A stretch of DNA of 40,097 nucleotides from Selenomonadaceae bacterium. GTDB taxonomy: Bacteria; Bacillota; Negativicutes; Selenomonadales; Selenomonadaceae. Shown piece after piece: positions 16,872 to 26,459 of the stretch; the first letter of the stretch is position 1, and each line of letters starts with the position of its first letter. Both the position numbers and the translations under genes were made by a program. The stretch lies in assembly GCA_017390245.1 (NCBI GenBank), contig JAFPCE010000099.1, positions 1 to 40,097 of the forward strand. The letters are read 5' to 3'. The notes under the pieces are model-generated. The model did no database searches. It had not been told where the DNA came from and saw nothing but the letters and a program-made list of their open reading frames with translations.

Positions 16872-18855
16872 GATCTTCATTCTCCTCTATAAACTGTTGT
16901 GTTGCTTGAATAACCTCATTATACACATCATCCAGGGATTTGTCAGTAACCTGGGCACCGGCTACGGTCTGATGACCGCCACCGCCAAGGTGCTCCATGA
17001 TAACCTGGACATTGATTTCACCAGTGGAACGGGTACTGATACCAACGGTATCTGGATAAAGCTGGAAAATTACGGCACTGGCCCTGACGCCCTCAATCCT
17101 CAGCATGGTGTCAGCTACCTGGGCAGCTACTACCTGGATGTTAGGTATGATTTTTGGACAGCGGGTAATAATCAGCCCATTAGGCAAAAGCTCAGCATTG
17201 GCTTTCGCCAGGGCCTTGGCCTGCTCTGTTTCAAAATCAGTGCGGAAAAGCTGGCGGATAGCTACAGGGTCTGCACCACAGCGCCGCAGATAGGCGGCTG
17301 CATCAAAGGTGCGGACACCAGTCTGGACCGCAAAATTTTTGGTATCTACAATAATACCAGCGTACAGGGCTGTTGCCTCAATGCGCGGCAGAGTCATATT
17401 ATCGCTGAAATATATCAAAAGCTCTGTAACCAGCTCACTGGTGGAACTGGTAGCCGGTTCGCCATAGTTCAGCCGGGTATTCTTGATAAAATTGGTGCTG
17501 CGGCGGTGGTGGTCAATAACTACCACATCACTTACCCTGTCTAAAAGAAATGGAGCTGCAGTCAGATGGGGTATGTGAGTATCCACTACAAATAGTACGG
17601 GCTTTTTGGCTGTAATGTTAAAAAGCTGGCTGGACTGGATGAAGAGATTGGCATACTCTTCTTTATCCTTCAGCTGTTCCAGGAATTTGCCCACACCGTC
17701 ATTAAACTCGCTGAGAATAATATAAACAGGCTTCTTTAAATGCTTGGCCATGCGGGAAATACCCAGGGCTGCACCCAGAGAGTCAAAATCCTCATTCTGG
17801 TGGCCCATAATCAGCACTTCATCAGATTCCTGGATGATTTCATACATGGAATTGGAAATGATGCGGGCCTTGACTCTGGTGTATTTTTCTACTGCCTTGG
17901 TTTTGCCGCCATAGAAGCTGGTTTTGCCATCCTGTAATACTGCTACTTGGTCACCGCCGCGGGCCAGGGCCAGGTCCAGCATGGACTGGGCTTTTTCACC
18001 AAGCTCCAGGAGATTCTGCCGGTCAGCTACAGCTACACCTATACTCAGGGTTACGGAAAGGCGGCGGGTAGGATTTTCCAGGGTACGTACCTGGTCTAAG
18101 ATATTGAATTTGCCTTCTAAAGCAGTTTCAACATTGCGGCGTTCCATGACAGCTATATACAGCTCATCGGAAATCTTCCGCAGGAAGCCTTCCAGATTGT
18201 TTACCCAGCGGGTAATGGTTTTATTGGTTTCAAAAATCAGGTCATTTTTTTCATTATCGTTTAAGCCCTGTAAAACATCGGCGTAATTATCAATCTGAAT
18301 GTACATAAAGCTAGTACGGGAATCCGAGTGAATGCGTTTTAATATCTCGTAAGCAGATGTATCCATGATGTAAAGTGCCATCAGACCACAGGGATTGTCA
18401 TTGGTAGCAATGGGACGATATACAGTACGGTAGTGGACATTATCGTGAATAAACACTGTTTCACCATTGCGGCCCCAGATAGTTCCAGCATCCAGCTCAG
18501 GCCAGATGTCAGACATGGCCATATTCTGCTCAGGCACGTCCGTCGTATGCTTTTCCAGTTCTTTGTTATACCACTGGATGCGGCCTTCTTCATTGATGAT
18601 AATCACAATCTGAGGCAGCTGCTCAATGGCATAATTGCTGACAGGATTTACATTGCTGATGACAGTATGGCAGTAGCTGTTAAATTCTTCACTGCGCTTT
18701 TTACAGCGTTCCCTGGCAAAGAGCAATGTACAAATCCATACCATCAGGGATACCAGACCCAGCCAGACATTAAAGATGCTGAGAATCCCTACTACAAATA
18801 AAAAGGTAATTAAGATAATGCAAATATCAAACCAGGCATTTAAATTACGTGGCAT
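16843..18855 (-). CDS. gdpP: Cyclic-di-AMP phosphodiesterase GdpP/YybT (TM, PAS, degenerate GGDEF, DHH/DHHA1)
   Basis: Two N-terminal TMs, LDLALARGGDQ, HQNEDFDSLG, VVDTH, IDHHR, GIIVDT, GGGGH; yybS-gdpP-rplI synteny. Confidence 0.92.
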   Translation of the reverse strand: MPRNLNAWFDICIILITFLFVVGILSIFNVWLGLVSLMVWICTLLFARERCKKRSEEFNSYCHTVISNVNPVSNYAIEQLPQIVIIINEEGRIQWYNKELEKHTTDVPEQNMAMSDIWPELDAGTIWGRNGETVFIHDNVHYRTVYRPIATNDNPCGLMALYIMDTSAYEILKRIHSDSRTSFMYIQIDNYADVLQGLNDNEKNDLIFETNKTITRWVNNLEGFLRKISDELYIAVMERRNVETALEGKFNILDQVRTLENPTRRLSVTLSIGVAVADRQNLLELGEKAQSMLDLALARGGDQVAVLQDGKTSFYGGKTKAVEKYTRVKARIISNSMYEIIQESDEVLIMGHQNEDFDSLGAALGISRMAKHLKKPVYIILSEFNDGVGKFLEQLKDKEEYANLFIQSSQLFNITAKKPVLFVVDTHIPHLTAAPFLLDRVSDVVVIDHHRRSTNFIKNTRLNYGEPATSSTSELVTELLIYFSDNMTLPRIEATALYAGIIVDTKNFAVQTGVRTFDAAAYLRRCGADPVAIRQLFRTDFETEQAKALAKANAELLPNGLIITRCPKIIPNIQVVAAQVADTMLRIEGVRASAVIFQLYPDTVGISTRSTGEINVQVIMEHLGGGGHQTVAGAQVTDKSLDDVYNEVIQATQQFIEENEDHESNITAGR

Positions 18856-18912
18856 AATAATCTCCTTTAGTTTTATAACTAAATTGCATAAAGTCTATGT
18901 ATTGCAAAGGCT

Positions 18913-19881
18913 TCACAAGGTATCCTTGCGTTTCTGGAAGCGCTTGCGATAGTCAAAAATCATATCAAACAGGCCAATGAAACCCAGAATCTGGCTGAAG
19001 GTACCATTAAAGAATATAAATATGAGAATCAGCCAGAAGACAAAGCGGCTGACTCTTTCCCGCAGGAGATTACTGAGAACGGCTATACCCTGCAAAAAGC
19101 CGCCAAAGGTGGCCAGAAGATTAGCATTGAGAGAAAGCTGATAAAGCCAGTCAATAGAGCGAGAAGATCCCCAGTAGAGACCTACCAGAGAAAAGCCAAA
19201 TACGTAGAGCAAAAGCTTGGGGAGGCGCCATTCATCAAAAGGTGGCAGAGATGCAACCTGATAGCCGAGGCGGCGCAGTACCTTGCCACCAGCAGCAAAA
19301 TTAATCCAGGTGGTAAGGAGGCCGGCGCTGATAACAGCCAGAGGCATCAGCATGCCCATAAGCTTAAATATCATAGTAAACTGTTCCTGCAGCTGGGCCA
19401 GCTGCTCAGGAGACATGCCCATGGTCTCGTACATGGAGATAGCTTCCTGCAGAGCTTCTTCCATGGCCCCCACTTGTGTTTCCATATCAAAAGGATTGAT
19501 GCCGGAAATAGCCAGCAGCAGTACAGAGGAAACAGCAACACCCAGAATAGCAGCGCCAAACCCGGTTAAGAGAATTTTAGCAGCAGGCCAGTTTTTCTGG
19601 AAGCCATATCCCAGTGCCAGGCTGGGCGGACCGAAGGTTGCCACCAGATGGATGGCATTTAAAGGTGAAATCAGGGCAGCCATGATAATAGTAGCTGCGA
19701 TAATGCTGATGACACCGCTTTTTAATCCATGCCGTACCACCAGAATGATAATAGGCATAGGCCACAGCAGGGTGGCAATGGTGCCCAGTATAGGCATGTA
19801 TACAGCAATGAGACCCATGATAACAGTGATGGCAGCTAAAAGACCGCCTTCTGTAGTAGATTTTATTTTAAATTCAGCCAC
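18913..19881 (-). CDS. yybS: YybS/DUF2232 family membrane protein
   Basis: EGGLLAAI, WPMPII...RHG, PPFDEWRLP, IGLFDMIFDYRKR; directly upstream of gdpP. Confidence 0.85.
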   Translation of the reverse strand: MAEFKIKSTTEGGLLAAITVIMGLIAVYMPILGTIATLLWPMPIIILVVRHGLKSGVISIIAATIIMAALISPLNAIHLVATFGPPSLALGYGFQKNWPAAKILLTGFGAAILGVAVSSVLLLAISGINPFDMETQVGAMEEALQEAISMYETMGMSPEQLAQLQEQFTMIFKLMGMLMPLAVISAGLLTTWINFAAGGKVLRRLGYQVASLPPFDEWRLPKLLLYVFGFSLVGLYWGSSRSIDWLYQLSLNANLLATFGGFLQGIAVLSNLLRERVSRFVFWLILIFIFFNGTFSQILGFIGLFDMIFDYRKRFQKRKDTL

Positions 19882-20041
19882 AACAAAGCTCCTTTATTCA
19901 TTTAATCTAATGCTTAATTATATCATTATATTGATTTATTAGCTAGAACAAAAATTTGTCTTAAAACAGGACAGCGTGCAGAAAATTTTCCAGGCATCTG
20001 GCAGGTTTGTGCTGCTGCGGTGAATATTTTGCCAGCTCAAT

Positions 20042-20070
20042 AAAAAAGCTGCCCGCAGTTTGCGGACAGC
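20042..20070 (-). terminator. Intrinsic terminator after phosphohexomutase
   Basis: Minus strand gctgtccgca-aac-tgcgggcagc-tttttt. Confidence 0.8.
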
Positions 20071-20128
20071 ATAGAAAATCTGGAGATTTTGAAATTGCGA
20101 ATCATGAAATTTGCAATTAAGACAGATA

Positions 20129-21637
20129 TTATTTTATGACGCTGGTATCAAGATGCTTAAATTCAGCTAAAAGCTCATGGGCAATGGCAGTTAATTTCTG
20201 GCAGCCACCGGCGTGCCTGCTTTCAACGTTCATAGGCATGTTTGGATCGTGAAGGGACATACGCAAAAGTACCCAGCCTTCTCCTGGGAATACCAGGCGG
20301 ACACCCTCATAGGAAGGTGCTGCAATTTTTATACCCTTAGCTTCTGCTTTTTCCTGGAAGGCTTTCAGCACATTCTGGCCATAGGTCTTAAAGTCTTCCA
20401 CATTGCGGATATAAAAACGGTACTCCACAGCTTCAGCAGGCTGCTGTAAATCTGCAATGAGATGGGACAAATCCTTGTTCATTTTCTTTGCCTTGGCTGC
20501 AGCAATAATCAGCTTTACTGCCAGATATGCACCGTCATCTAAATAGTAATTTTCACTTAAAGCACCGTGGCCAGAGGTTTCAATAGCCAGTGGCGAAACA
20601 GTGCCGGCATTGTTCAGGCGGATACATTCGTTAATGACATTTTTGTAGCCACGCATAAAACGGTGATGCTTCAGATGAAGCTTGTTTTCCAGAAAATCAG
20701 TAAGCTCGTCTGAGGTAACAGAGTCGGTGATAATAGTACTGCCTGGATAATCAGGCTCTAAAATGGCTGCCATCATGGCAATCAGGGCATTGCGGCTGAT
20801 TTGCTGGCCGTCAGGCAGCACGGCGCTCATTCTGTCTACGTCTGTATCAAAAATAATGCCAAGGTCTGCTTTATTATTTAGAACAGCACCCCGGATGGCA
20901 TCCATAGCCTGCTGGTTTTCCGGGTTAGGAATATGATTTGGAAAATGGCCGTCTGGGTCAAGGTAAAGGCTGCCAGAAATATCTGCACCCAAAGGCACTA
21001 ATACTTTATTAGCAAAGAAACCGCCAGCACCGTTGCCAGCGTCTGCCACAATATGCATGCCCTGCAGCGGCTTATCAGCATCTCCAGCATTGAGGCCTGT
21101 GCGGATTTTCTGGCATAAATGAGCTGCATAGGCATCAATTAATGCTAGCTTTTTTACAGCAGCCAGGTCTTTTTCGGCAGGCTCTAATGTAGCGGCAATT
21201 TTTAAAACCGCAGTGATATCTGATTTTTCCAGCCCGCCCTGGGCAGTGAAAAATTTTAAGCCGTTTCTGTTAAAAGGCAGATGGCTGGCAGTAATCATAA
21301 TAGCACCATCCGCTTTGATTTCTGGCAAGACAATAGACATAAACATAGCTGGGGTAGAAGCCATTTCACAGTCTCTGGCAGCTGCGCCGGCAGAGAGGAT
21401 ACCCTGCAGGGCTGCCTCTTTCAGGCTGGTGGCAGAGAGACGGGAATCGTGGCCAATGGTAATAACAAGCTCTGCTGCAGGTTTATCCAGCTTCTGGCTC
21501 AGCCATTTTACGTAAGCTGCAGCGATGACATTGGCCTCATCAGGGTGGAGATTAACATTTTCTCCGGCAATTCCCTCCAGGGCAATGCCACGGACGTCAC
21601 TGCCATTTTGTAATTTTAATAATTCTTTTTCTATCAT
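20129..21637 (-). CDS. Phosphomannomutase/phosphoglucomutase (alpha-D-phosphohexomutase)
   Basis: NGSDVRG, ITASHLP (catalytic Ser), FDTDVDR (metal loop), ETSGH. Confidence 0.92.
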   Translation of the reverse strand: MIEKELLKLQNGSDVRGIALEGIAGENVNLHPDEANVIAAAYVKWLSQKLDKPAAELVITIGHDSRLSATSLKEAALQGILSAGAAARDCEMASTPAMFMSIVLPEIKADGAIMITASHLPFNRNGLKFFTAQGGLEKSDITAVLKIAATLEPAEKDLAAVKKLALIDAYAAHLCQKIRTGLNAGDADKPLQGMHIVADAGNGAGGFFANKVLVPLGADISGSLYLDPDGHFPNHIPNPENQQAMDAIRGAVLNNKADLGIIFDTDVDRMSAVLPDGQQISRNALIAMMAAILEPDYPGSTIITDSVTSDELTDFLENKLHLKHHRFMRGYKNVINECIRLNNAGTVSPLAIETSGHGALSENYYLDDGAYLAVKLIIAAAKAKKMNKDLSHLIADLQQPAEAVEYRFYIRNVEDFKTYGQNVLKAFQEKAEAKGIKIAAPSYEGVRLVFPGEGWVLLRMSLHDPNMPMNVESRHAGGCQKLTAIAHELLAEFKHLDTSVIK

Positions 21638-21684
21638 AAAAATATCCGCCTCCTGAAAATTATATAAATCAATTTCTCACTAGT

Positions 21685-21713
21685 AATATAGCATTTTATG
21701 GGGTGGTTAGCAA
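21685..21713 (-). promoter_or_regulatory. Sigma-A promoter of phosphohexomutase
   Basis: TTGCTA, 17 bp, TATATT with extended TG. Confidence 0.55.
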
Positions 21714-21771
21714 TTCCTTGCTATTGTTTAAAACTATTTAATATTAATAGAAGGAAAAGCACTGGGAGGGT

Positions 21772-21801
21772 TTGACAGTATTTGGTTAATAATGCTATGC
21801 T
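21772..21801 (+). promoter_or_regulatory. Sigma-A promoter of purB
   Basis: TTGACA (21772-21777), 18 bp, TATGCT with extended TG. Confidence 0.55.
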
Positions 21802-21889
21802 ATATGAGTCAAATAATGGAATAAAATATTTCATTATGCAGGTCAAAGGACCATTAAGCTTTCTATAACTACGAGGAGGAAAATCATTT

Positions 21890-23182
21890 ATGATTGAACG
21901 GTATACTAACCCTGAGATGGGCAATATCTGGACTCTGCAGCATGAATTTGAAGTTATGCTGGACGTTGAAATCGCTGCTTGCGAGGCTATGGCTGAGCTG
22001 GGTGAGATTCCTAAAGAGGCAGCTGTGAACATTCGTGAGAAGGCACAGTTTGATCTGCCAAGGGTTAAGGAAATAGAGAAGGAAACCAACCATGACATCA
22101 TTGCATTTTTAACAAATGTTGCTGAGTATGTTGGTGAGGATTCTAAATATATTCACAAGGGCTTAACCTCTAGTGATGTTAAGGATACAGCTCTTGGTAT
22201 CATGATGAAGAAGTCTGCAGAGCTGATTCTGGATGACTTGCGCAAGTTCCGTGAGGTACTGGTTCGCCGTGCTGCCGAGTTCAAGCACACTGTATGTATC
22301 GGCCGTACCCATGGTATCCATGCTGAGCCTATGACCTTCGGCTTGAAGCTGGCTTTGTGGCTCAATGAGGTTGACCGTGATATTGAGCGTGTTGAGCATG
22401 CTAAGAAGATTGTTTCTGTTGGTAAGCTTTCCGGTGCTGTAGGTACCTACTCCAACATCAATCCAAAAATTGAAGAAATTGTCTGCAAGAAGCTGGGCAT
22501 TACCCCATCTCCACTGGCTACCCAGGTTATCCAGCGTGACCGTCATGCTGAGTACATGACTACCCTGGCTATCGTAGCTAGCTCCTTTGAGAAGTTTGCT
22601 ACTGAGATTCGCAACCTGCAGCGTACTGATATCCGTGAGGCTGAGGAGTATTTTGCTCCAGGCCAGAAGGGGTCTTCTGCAATGCCTCATAAGCGTAATC
22701 CTATTACCTGCGAGCGTATCTCCGGTATGGCCCGCCTGGTTCGTGGTAACGCTGTTGCAGCTATGGAGGACATTACTCTGTGGCATGAGAGAGATATTTC
22801 CCACTCTTCTGTAGAGCGTGTAATTCTCCCAGACAGCACCATCAACGTTGATTACTGCATCAGAAAGTTCACCAACATCATTGACAAGCTGCTGGTATAT
22901 CCAGATGCTATGCTGGAGAATCTTAACAAGACTGGCGGTCTTATCTTTAGCCAGCGCATCTTGATTGCTGTTGTTAACAAGGGAGTATTGCGTGAGGATG
23001 CTTACAAGTGGGTACAGCGCAATGCTATGAAGAGATGGCTGAACAAGGAAGACTTCCGCACTAATGTTGAGAAGGATCCTGATATTACCAAGTATCTGAC
23101 CAAGGAAGAAATCGATGAGTGCTTCGATGTACAGTACTTCCTCCGTCATGTTGATATGATTATGGCCCGCTTTGGTCTGTAA
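21890..23182 (+). CDS. purB: Adenylosuccinate lyase
   Basis: MIERYT, HKGLTSSDV, GRTHGIHAEP, GSSAMPHKRNP signature. Confidence 0.97.
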   Translation: MIERYTNPEMGNIWTLQHEFEVMLDVEIAACEAMAELGEIPKEAAVNIREKAQFDLPRVKEIEKETNHDIIAFLTNVAEYVGEDSKYIHKGLTSSDVKDTALGIMMKKSAELILDDLRKFREVLVRRAAEFKHTVCIGRTHGIHAEPMTFGLKLALWLNEVDRDIERVEHAKKIVSVGKLSGAVGTYSNINPKIEEIVCKKLGITPSPLATQVIQRDRHAEYMTTLAIVASSFEKFATEIRNLQRTDIREAEEYFAPGQKGSSAMPHKRNPITCERISGMARLVRGNAVAAMEDITLWHERDISHSSVERVILPDSTINVDYCIRKFTNIIDKLLVYPDAMLENLNKTGGLIFSQRILIAVVNKGVLREDAYKWVQRNAMKRWLNKEDFRTNVEKDPDITKYLTKEEIDECFDVQYFLRHVDMIMARFGL

Positions 23183-23201
23183 TTTCTAACTGTAAATTAC
23201 T

Positions 23202-23229
23202 GTAAGGGGCTGCTGAGGCAGTCCCTTAC
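23202..23229 (+). terminator. Hairpin between purB and purA (terminator or mRNA stability element)
   Basis: gtaaggggctgc-tgag-gcagtcccttac, then ctattttt. Confidence 0.55.
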
Positions 23230-23285
23230 CTATTTTTATGGGCAGGCCCTGGCTTTGCCTGAATTTGAGAGAGGAGACTCTTATT

Positions 23286-24572
23286 ATGTCAGCTGTTGTT
23301 GTATTAGGCACCCAGTGGGGTGACGAGGGTAAGGGTAAAATTGTAGATTATTTAGCACAGCAGGCGGAGACTGTTGTCCGCTATCAGGGCGGCAGTAATG
23401 CTGGCCATACTGTTGCTGTAGATGGTGTAGAGTACAAGCTGCGCCTGATGCCATCTGGTATTCTCTTCAAGGGAACCCTGTGTGTAGTAGGTAACGGTGT
23501 TGCTTTTAATCCAAAGGTTATGCTGCAGGAAATGGATGGCATGATTGCTAATGGCATCGATGTCAGCGGTATCCGCATCAGTAACCGTGCTCATGTTGTA
23601 TTGCCATATCATTGTGAAATGGATGGCTATCTTGAGGAGCTGAAGGGTGCTAACAAGGTTGGTACTACCAAGAATGGTATTGGCCCTTGCTACGCTGACC
23701 GCGATCACCGTATTGGTATCCGTGTCTGCGACTTCATTGATAAGGAAGAATTTGCTAAGCGCCTCAAGGAAAATCTTGAGCTGAAGAATCAGGAAATTGT
23801 GAAGCTCTATGGCAAAGAGCCAATGGATTATGAGACAATCCTGAAGGAATATGAAGGTTATGCAGATCGTCTGCGCCCATACGTATGCGATACTATTGCT
23901 CTGCTGCATGATGAAATCAAGGCTGGCAAGAAGATTCTCTTCGAGGGTGCTCAGGCAACCATGCTGGATATTGATTATGGTACTTATCCATACGTTACTG
24001 CGTCTCATCCTGTTTCTGGCGGTATTGGTGTTGGTGCAGGTGTTGCACCTCGTGATATCGACAAGGTTGTAGGTGTTGTAAAGGCTTATTGTACCCGTGT
24101 AGGTGAGGGTCCATTCCCTACTGAGCAGCTGAATGAGATTGGTGACAAGATTCGTGAGGCTGGCCACGAGTATGGTACTGTAACTGGCCGTCCACGCCGT
24201 ACCGGCTGGCTGGATGCTTGTGTTGTCCGTTATGCAGGCATGCTTTCTGGCATTGATTATATGGCTATTACCCGTCTTGACATCCTGGACTGCATGGATG
24301 AGATTAAGATGTGCGTTGGCTACAAGTACAAGGGTGAGCTGTTAAATGAGATTCCTGCTTCTCTGAAGGTTCTGGCAGAGGTTGAGCCTGTATACGAGAC
24401 CTTTGAGGGATGGAAGACTGATATCAGCGGTATCCGCAAGTATGAGGAGCTTCCTGAGAATGCCCGCAAGTACTTAGAGCGCATGGCTGAGGTTACTGGC
24501 ATTGCTCTGGGCATTGTATCTGTAGGTCCAAACCGTGATCAGACCATTATCTTGGCAAAGGATTTATTCTGA
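23286..24572 (+). CDS. purA: Adenylosuccinate synthetase
   Basis: GTQWGDEGKGK, GGSNAGHT, GIGPCYAD, EGAQ, EYGTVTGRPRRTGWLD; GAGGAG before ATG 23286. Confidence 0.97.
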   Translation: MSAVVVLGTQWGDEGKGKIVDYLAQQAETVVRYQGGSNAGHTVAVDGVEYKLRLMPSGILFKGTLCVVGNGVAFNPKVMLQEMDGMIANGIDVSGIRISNRAHVVLPYHCEMDGYLEELKGANKVGTTKNGIGPCYADRDHRIGIRVCDFIDKEEFAKRLKENLELKNQEIVKLYGKEPMDYETILKEYEGYADRLRPYVCDTIALLHDEIKAGKKILFEGAQATMLDIDYGTYPYVTASHPVSGGIGVGAGVAPRDIDKVVGVVKAYCTRVGEGPFPTEQLNEIGDKIREAGHEYGTVTGRPRRTGWLDACVVRYAGMLSGIDYMAITRLDILDCMDEIKMCVGYKYKGELLNEIPASLKVLAEVEPVYETFEGWKTDISGIRKYEELPENARKYLERMAEVTGIALGIVSVGPNRDQTIILAKDLF

Positions 24573-24610
24573 TAATTTGCCATCAGCATATAAAAAGCTT
24601 TTGTGAAATG

Positions 24611-24645
24611 AGGGCTGCTATCTGACAGGTGGCAGCCCTTTATTT
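24611..24645 (+). terminator. Intrinsic terminator after purA
   Basis: agggctgctatct-gac-aggtggcagccct-ttattt. Confidence 0.75.
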
Positions 24646-24692
24646 GCAGGAGCAGGATCGTTTCATGTGTGTTATTTATGTAGGAGAAAATT

Positions 24693-25454
24693 ATGCTTGA
24701 GCTGAAAAATGTGACCTATCAGGTTACAGAAAACAACACTAGCAAGAATATTCTGGACAAAATGAACCTGGTGATTCCTGATGATAAATTCATAGTTATC
24801 ACTGGACCTAATGGTGGTGGCAAGTCCACCCTGGCTAAGACCATTATGGGCATTAACCCTATTACTGAAGGCCAGCTGATTTTTGATGGCCAGGATATTA
24901 CTGAGAAGAATATTACTGAAAGAGCTAAGCTGGGCATCAGCTTTGCTTTCCAGCAGCCAGTTCATTTTAAGGGCATTAAGGTTATTGATTTGCTGCGTCT
25001 GGCAACTGGCACTAATCTGTCTGTGGCCAAGGCCTGCGATTATCTCTCTAAGGTAGGTCTCTGTGCAAAGGAATACATCCAGAGAGAGGTGAATGCCTCT
25101 CTTTCCGGTGGTGAGCTGAAGCGCATTGAGATTGCTACAGTTCTGGCAAGAGGAACGAAGTTTTCTATTTTTGATGAGCCAGAGGCAGGCATTGATATCT
25201 GGAGTTTCCAGAATCTGATACAGGTTTTTGAAAATATCCGTGCCACTATTAAGGGAACTGTTTTGATTATTTCCCATCAGGAGCGTATTTTAAATATTGC
25301 AGATGAGATTATTGTCATTGAAAATGGCAAGGTGAAAAAGCAGGGTCCAAGAGAAGAAATTCTGCCAGAGCTGCTGGGAACTGCAGCTGCTATTAATGCA
25401 GGCTGTTCTAAGCTGGTACCTGAGGAGAAAAAAGCAGAGGAGTGTGATATCTGA
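24693..25454 (+). CDS. SufC-like ABC ATPase of a minimal SUF-like system (SmsC-type)
   Basis: GPNGGGKST, GISFAFQQP, LSGGELKRIEIA, FDEPEAGID, ISH; translationally coupled to a SufBD-family gene. Confidence 0.85.
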   Translation: MLELKNVTYQVTENNTSKNILDKMNLVIPDDKFIVITGPNGGGKSTLAKTIMGINPITEGQLIFDGQDITEKNITERAKLGISFAFQQPVHFKGIKVIDLLRLATGTNLSVAKACDYLSKVGLCAKEYIQREVNASLSGGELKRIEIATVLARGTKFSIFDEPEAGIDIWSFQNLIQVFENIRATIKGTVLIISHQERILNIADEIIVIENGKVKKQGPREEILPELLGTAAAINAGCSKLVPEEKKAEECDI

Positions 25455-26383
25455 TGCTGGATAAGATTCAATTGCAGCTTTTAACGGAAATTGCTGATTT
25501 GCACGGTGTGCCAGAGGGGGCTTATAATATCCGTGCCAATGGTGAGAAGGCAGCCCGCAATACTACTGCCAATATTGATATTGTTACTAAAACTGATGGC
25601 AAGAGCGGTATTGATGTGCACGTTAAGCCAGGCACTAAGAACGAAAGTGTCCATATACCTGTAGTGCTCAGTGAGAGCGGCATCAAGGAAACCGTATATA
25701 ATGATTTCTACATTGGTGAAGGTGCTGATGTGGTTATTGTGGCAGGCTGCGGTATTCATAATTGTGGTAACCAGGACTCCCAGCACGATGGTGTACACCG
25801 CTTTTTTGTAGGGAAGAATGCAAAAATCCGCTATGTGGAAAAGCATTATGGCGAAGGTGATGCCAAGAGCAGTGGCAAGCGCATATTAAACCCTGTAACT
25901 GAGGTATATCAGGAAGAGGGCAGCTATGTAGATATGGAAATGGTGCAGATAAAGGGCGTTGACTCTACTGAGCGTGTTACCAAGGCAGAGCTGGCAGCTG
26001 GCGCTACCATGATTGTCCATGAGCGTTTAATGACTCATGGCCAGCAGTCTGCTACCAGTATTTATGAGGTAGCCTTAAATGGTGATGGCTCTAGTACAGA
26101 TGTTATTTCCCGTTCTGTTGCCAAGGATGAGTCTCAGCAGGTTTTTGAGGCAGCTATCGTAGGCAATGCAGTGTGCAATGGCCATGCAGAATGTGATGCC
26201 ATTATCATGGACAAGGCTCATGTAGTGGCAGTGCCAAAGCTGGATGCCCGCAACGTGGATGCAGCTTTGATACATGAGGCAGCTATTGGCAAGATTGCCG
26301 GTGACCAGCTTATCAAGCTGATGTCGCTGGGCTTAACTGAGGCTGAAGCAGAGGAGCAGATTATAGGCGGCTTCCTGCGTTAA
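25454..26383 (+). CDS. Short SufB/SufD-family scaffold (SmsB-type)
   Basis: Beta-helix pattern; GHAECDAII; LIHEAAIGKIAGDQLIKLMSLGLTEAEAEEQIIGGFL. Confidence 0.88.
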   Translation: MLDKIQLQLLTEIADLHGVPEGAYNIRANGEKAARNTTANIDIVTKTDGKSGIDVHVKPGTKNESVHIPVVLSESGIKETVYNDFYIGEGADVVIVAGCGIHNCGNQDSQHDGVHRFFVGKNAKIRYVEKHYGEGDAKSSGKRILNPVTEVYQEEGSYVDMEMVQIKGVDSTERVTKAELAAGATMIVHERLMTHGQQSATSIYEVALNGDGSSTDVISRSVAKDESQQVFEAAIVGNAVCNGHAECDAIIMDKAHVVAVPKLDARNVDAALIHEAAIGKIAGDQLIKLMSLGLTEAEAEEQIIGGFLR

Positions 26384-26399
26384 TAATTTGTGGTAAAAT

Positions 26400-26448
26400 A
26401 AAAGGTATTTCCTATGTGACTTTAAGTCAGATGGGAAATACCTTTTTT
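26400..26448. terminator. Bidirectional intrinsic terminator
   Basis: aaaaggtatttcctat-gtgactttaagtcag-atgggaaataccttttt between convergent genes. Confidence 0.8.
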
Positions 26449-26459
26449 AGTGGGTAAAA

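Noticed and set aside
21805-21889. Possible purine riboswitch in the purB leader (tttcta...actacga)
   Set aside because: Only fragments resemble the consensus; the P2/P3 stems and loop-loop motifs are missing.
22163-24167. Long antisense ORFs (328 aa and 271 aa) opposite purB and purA
   Set aside because: Shadow frames caused by strong codon bias of highly expressed genes; no RBS or recognisable motifs.
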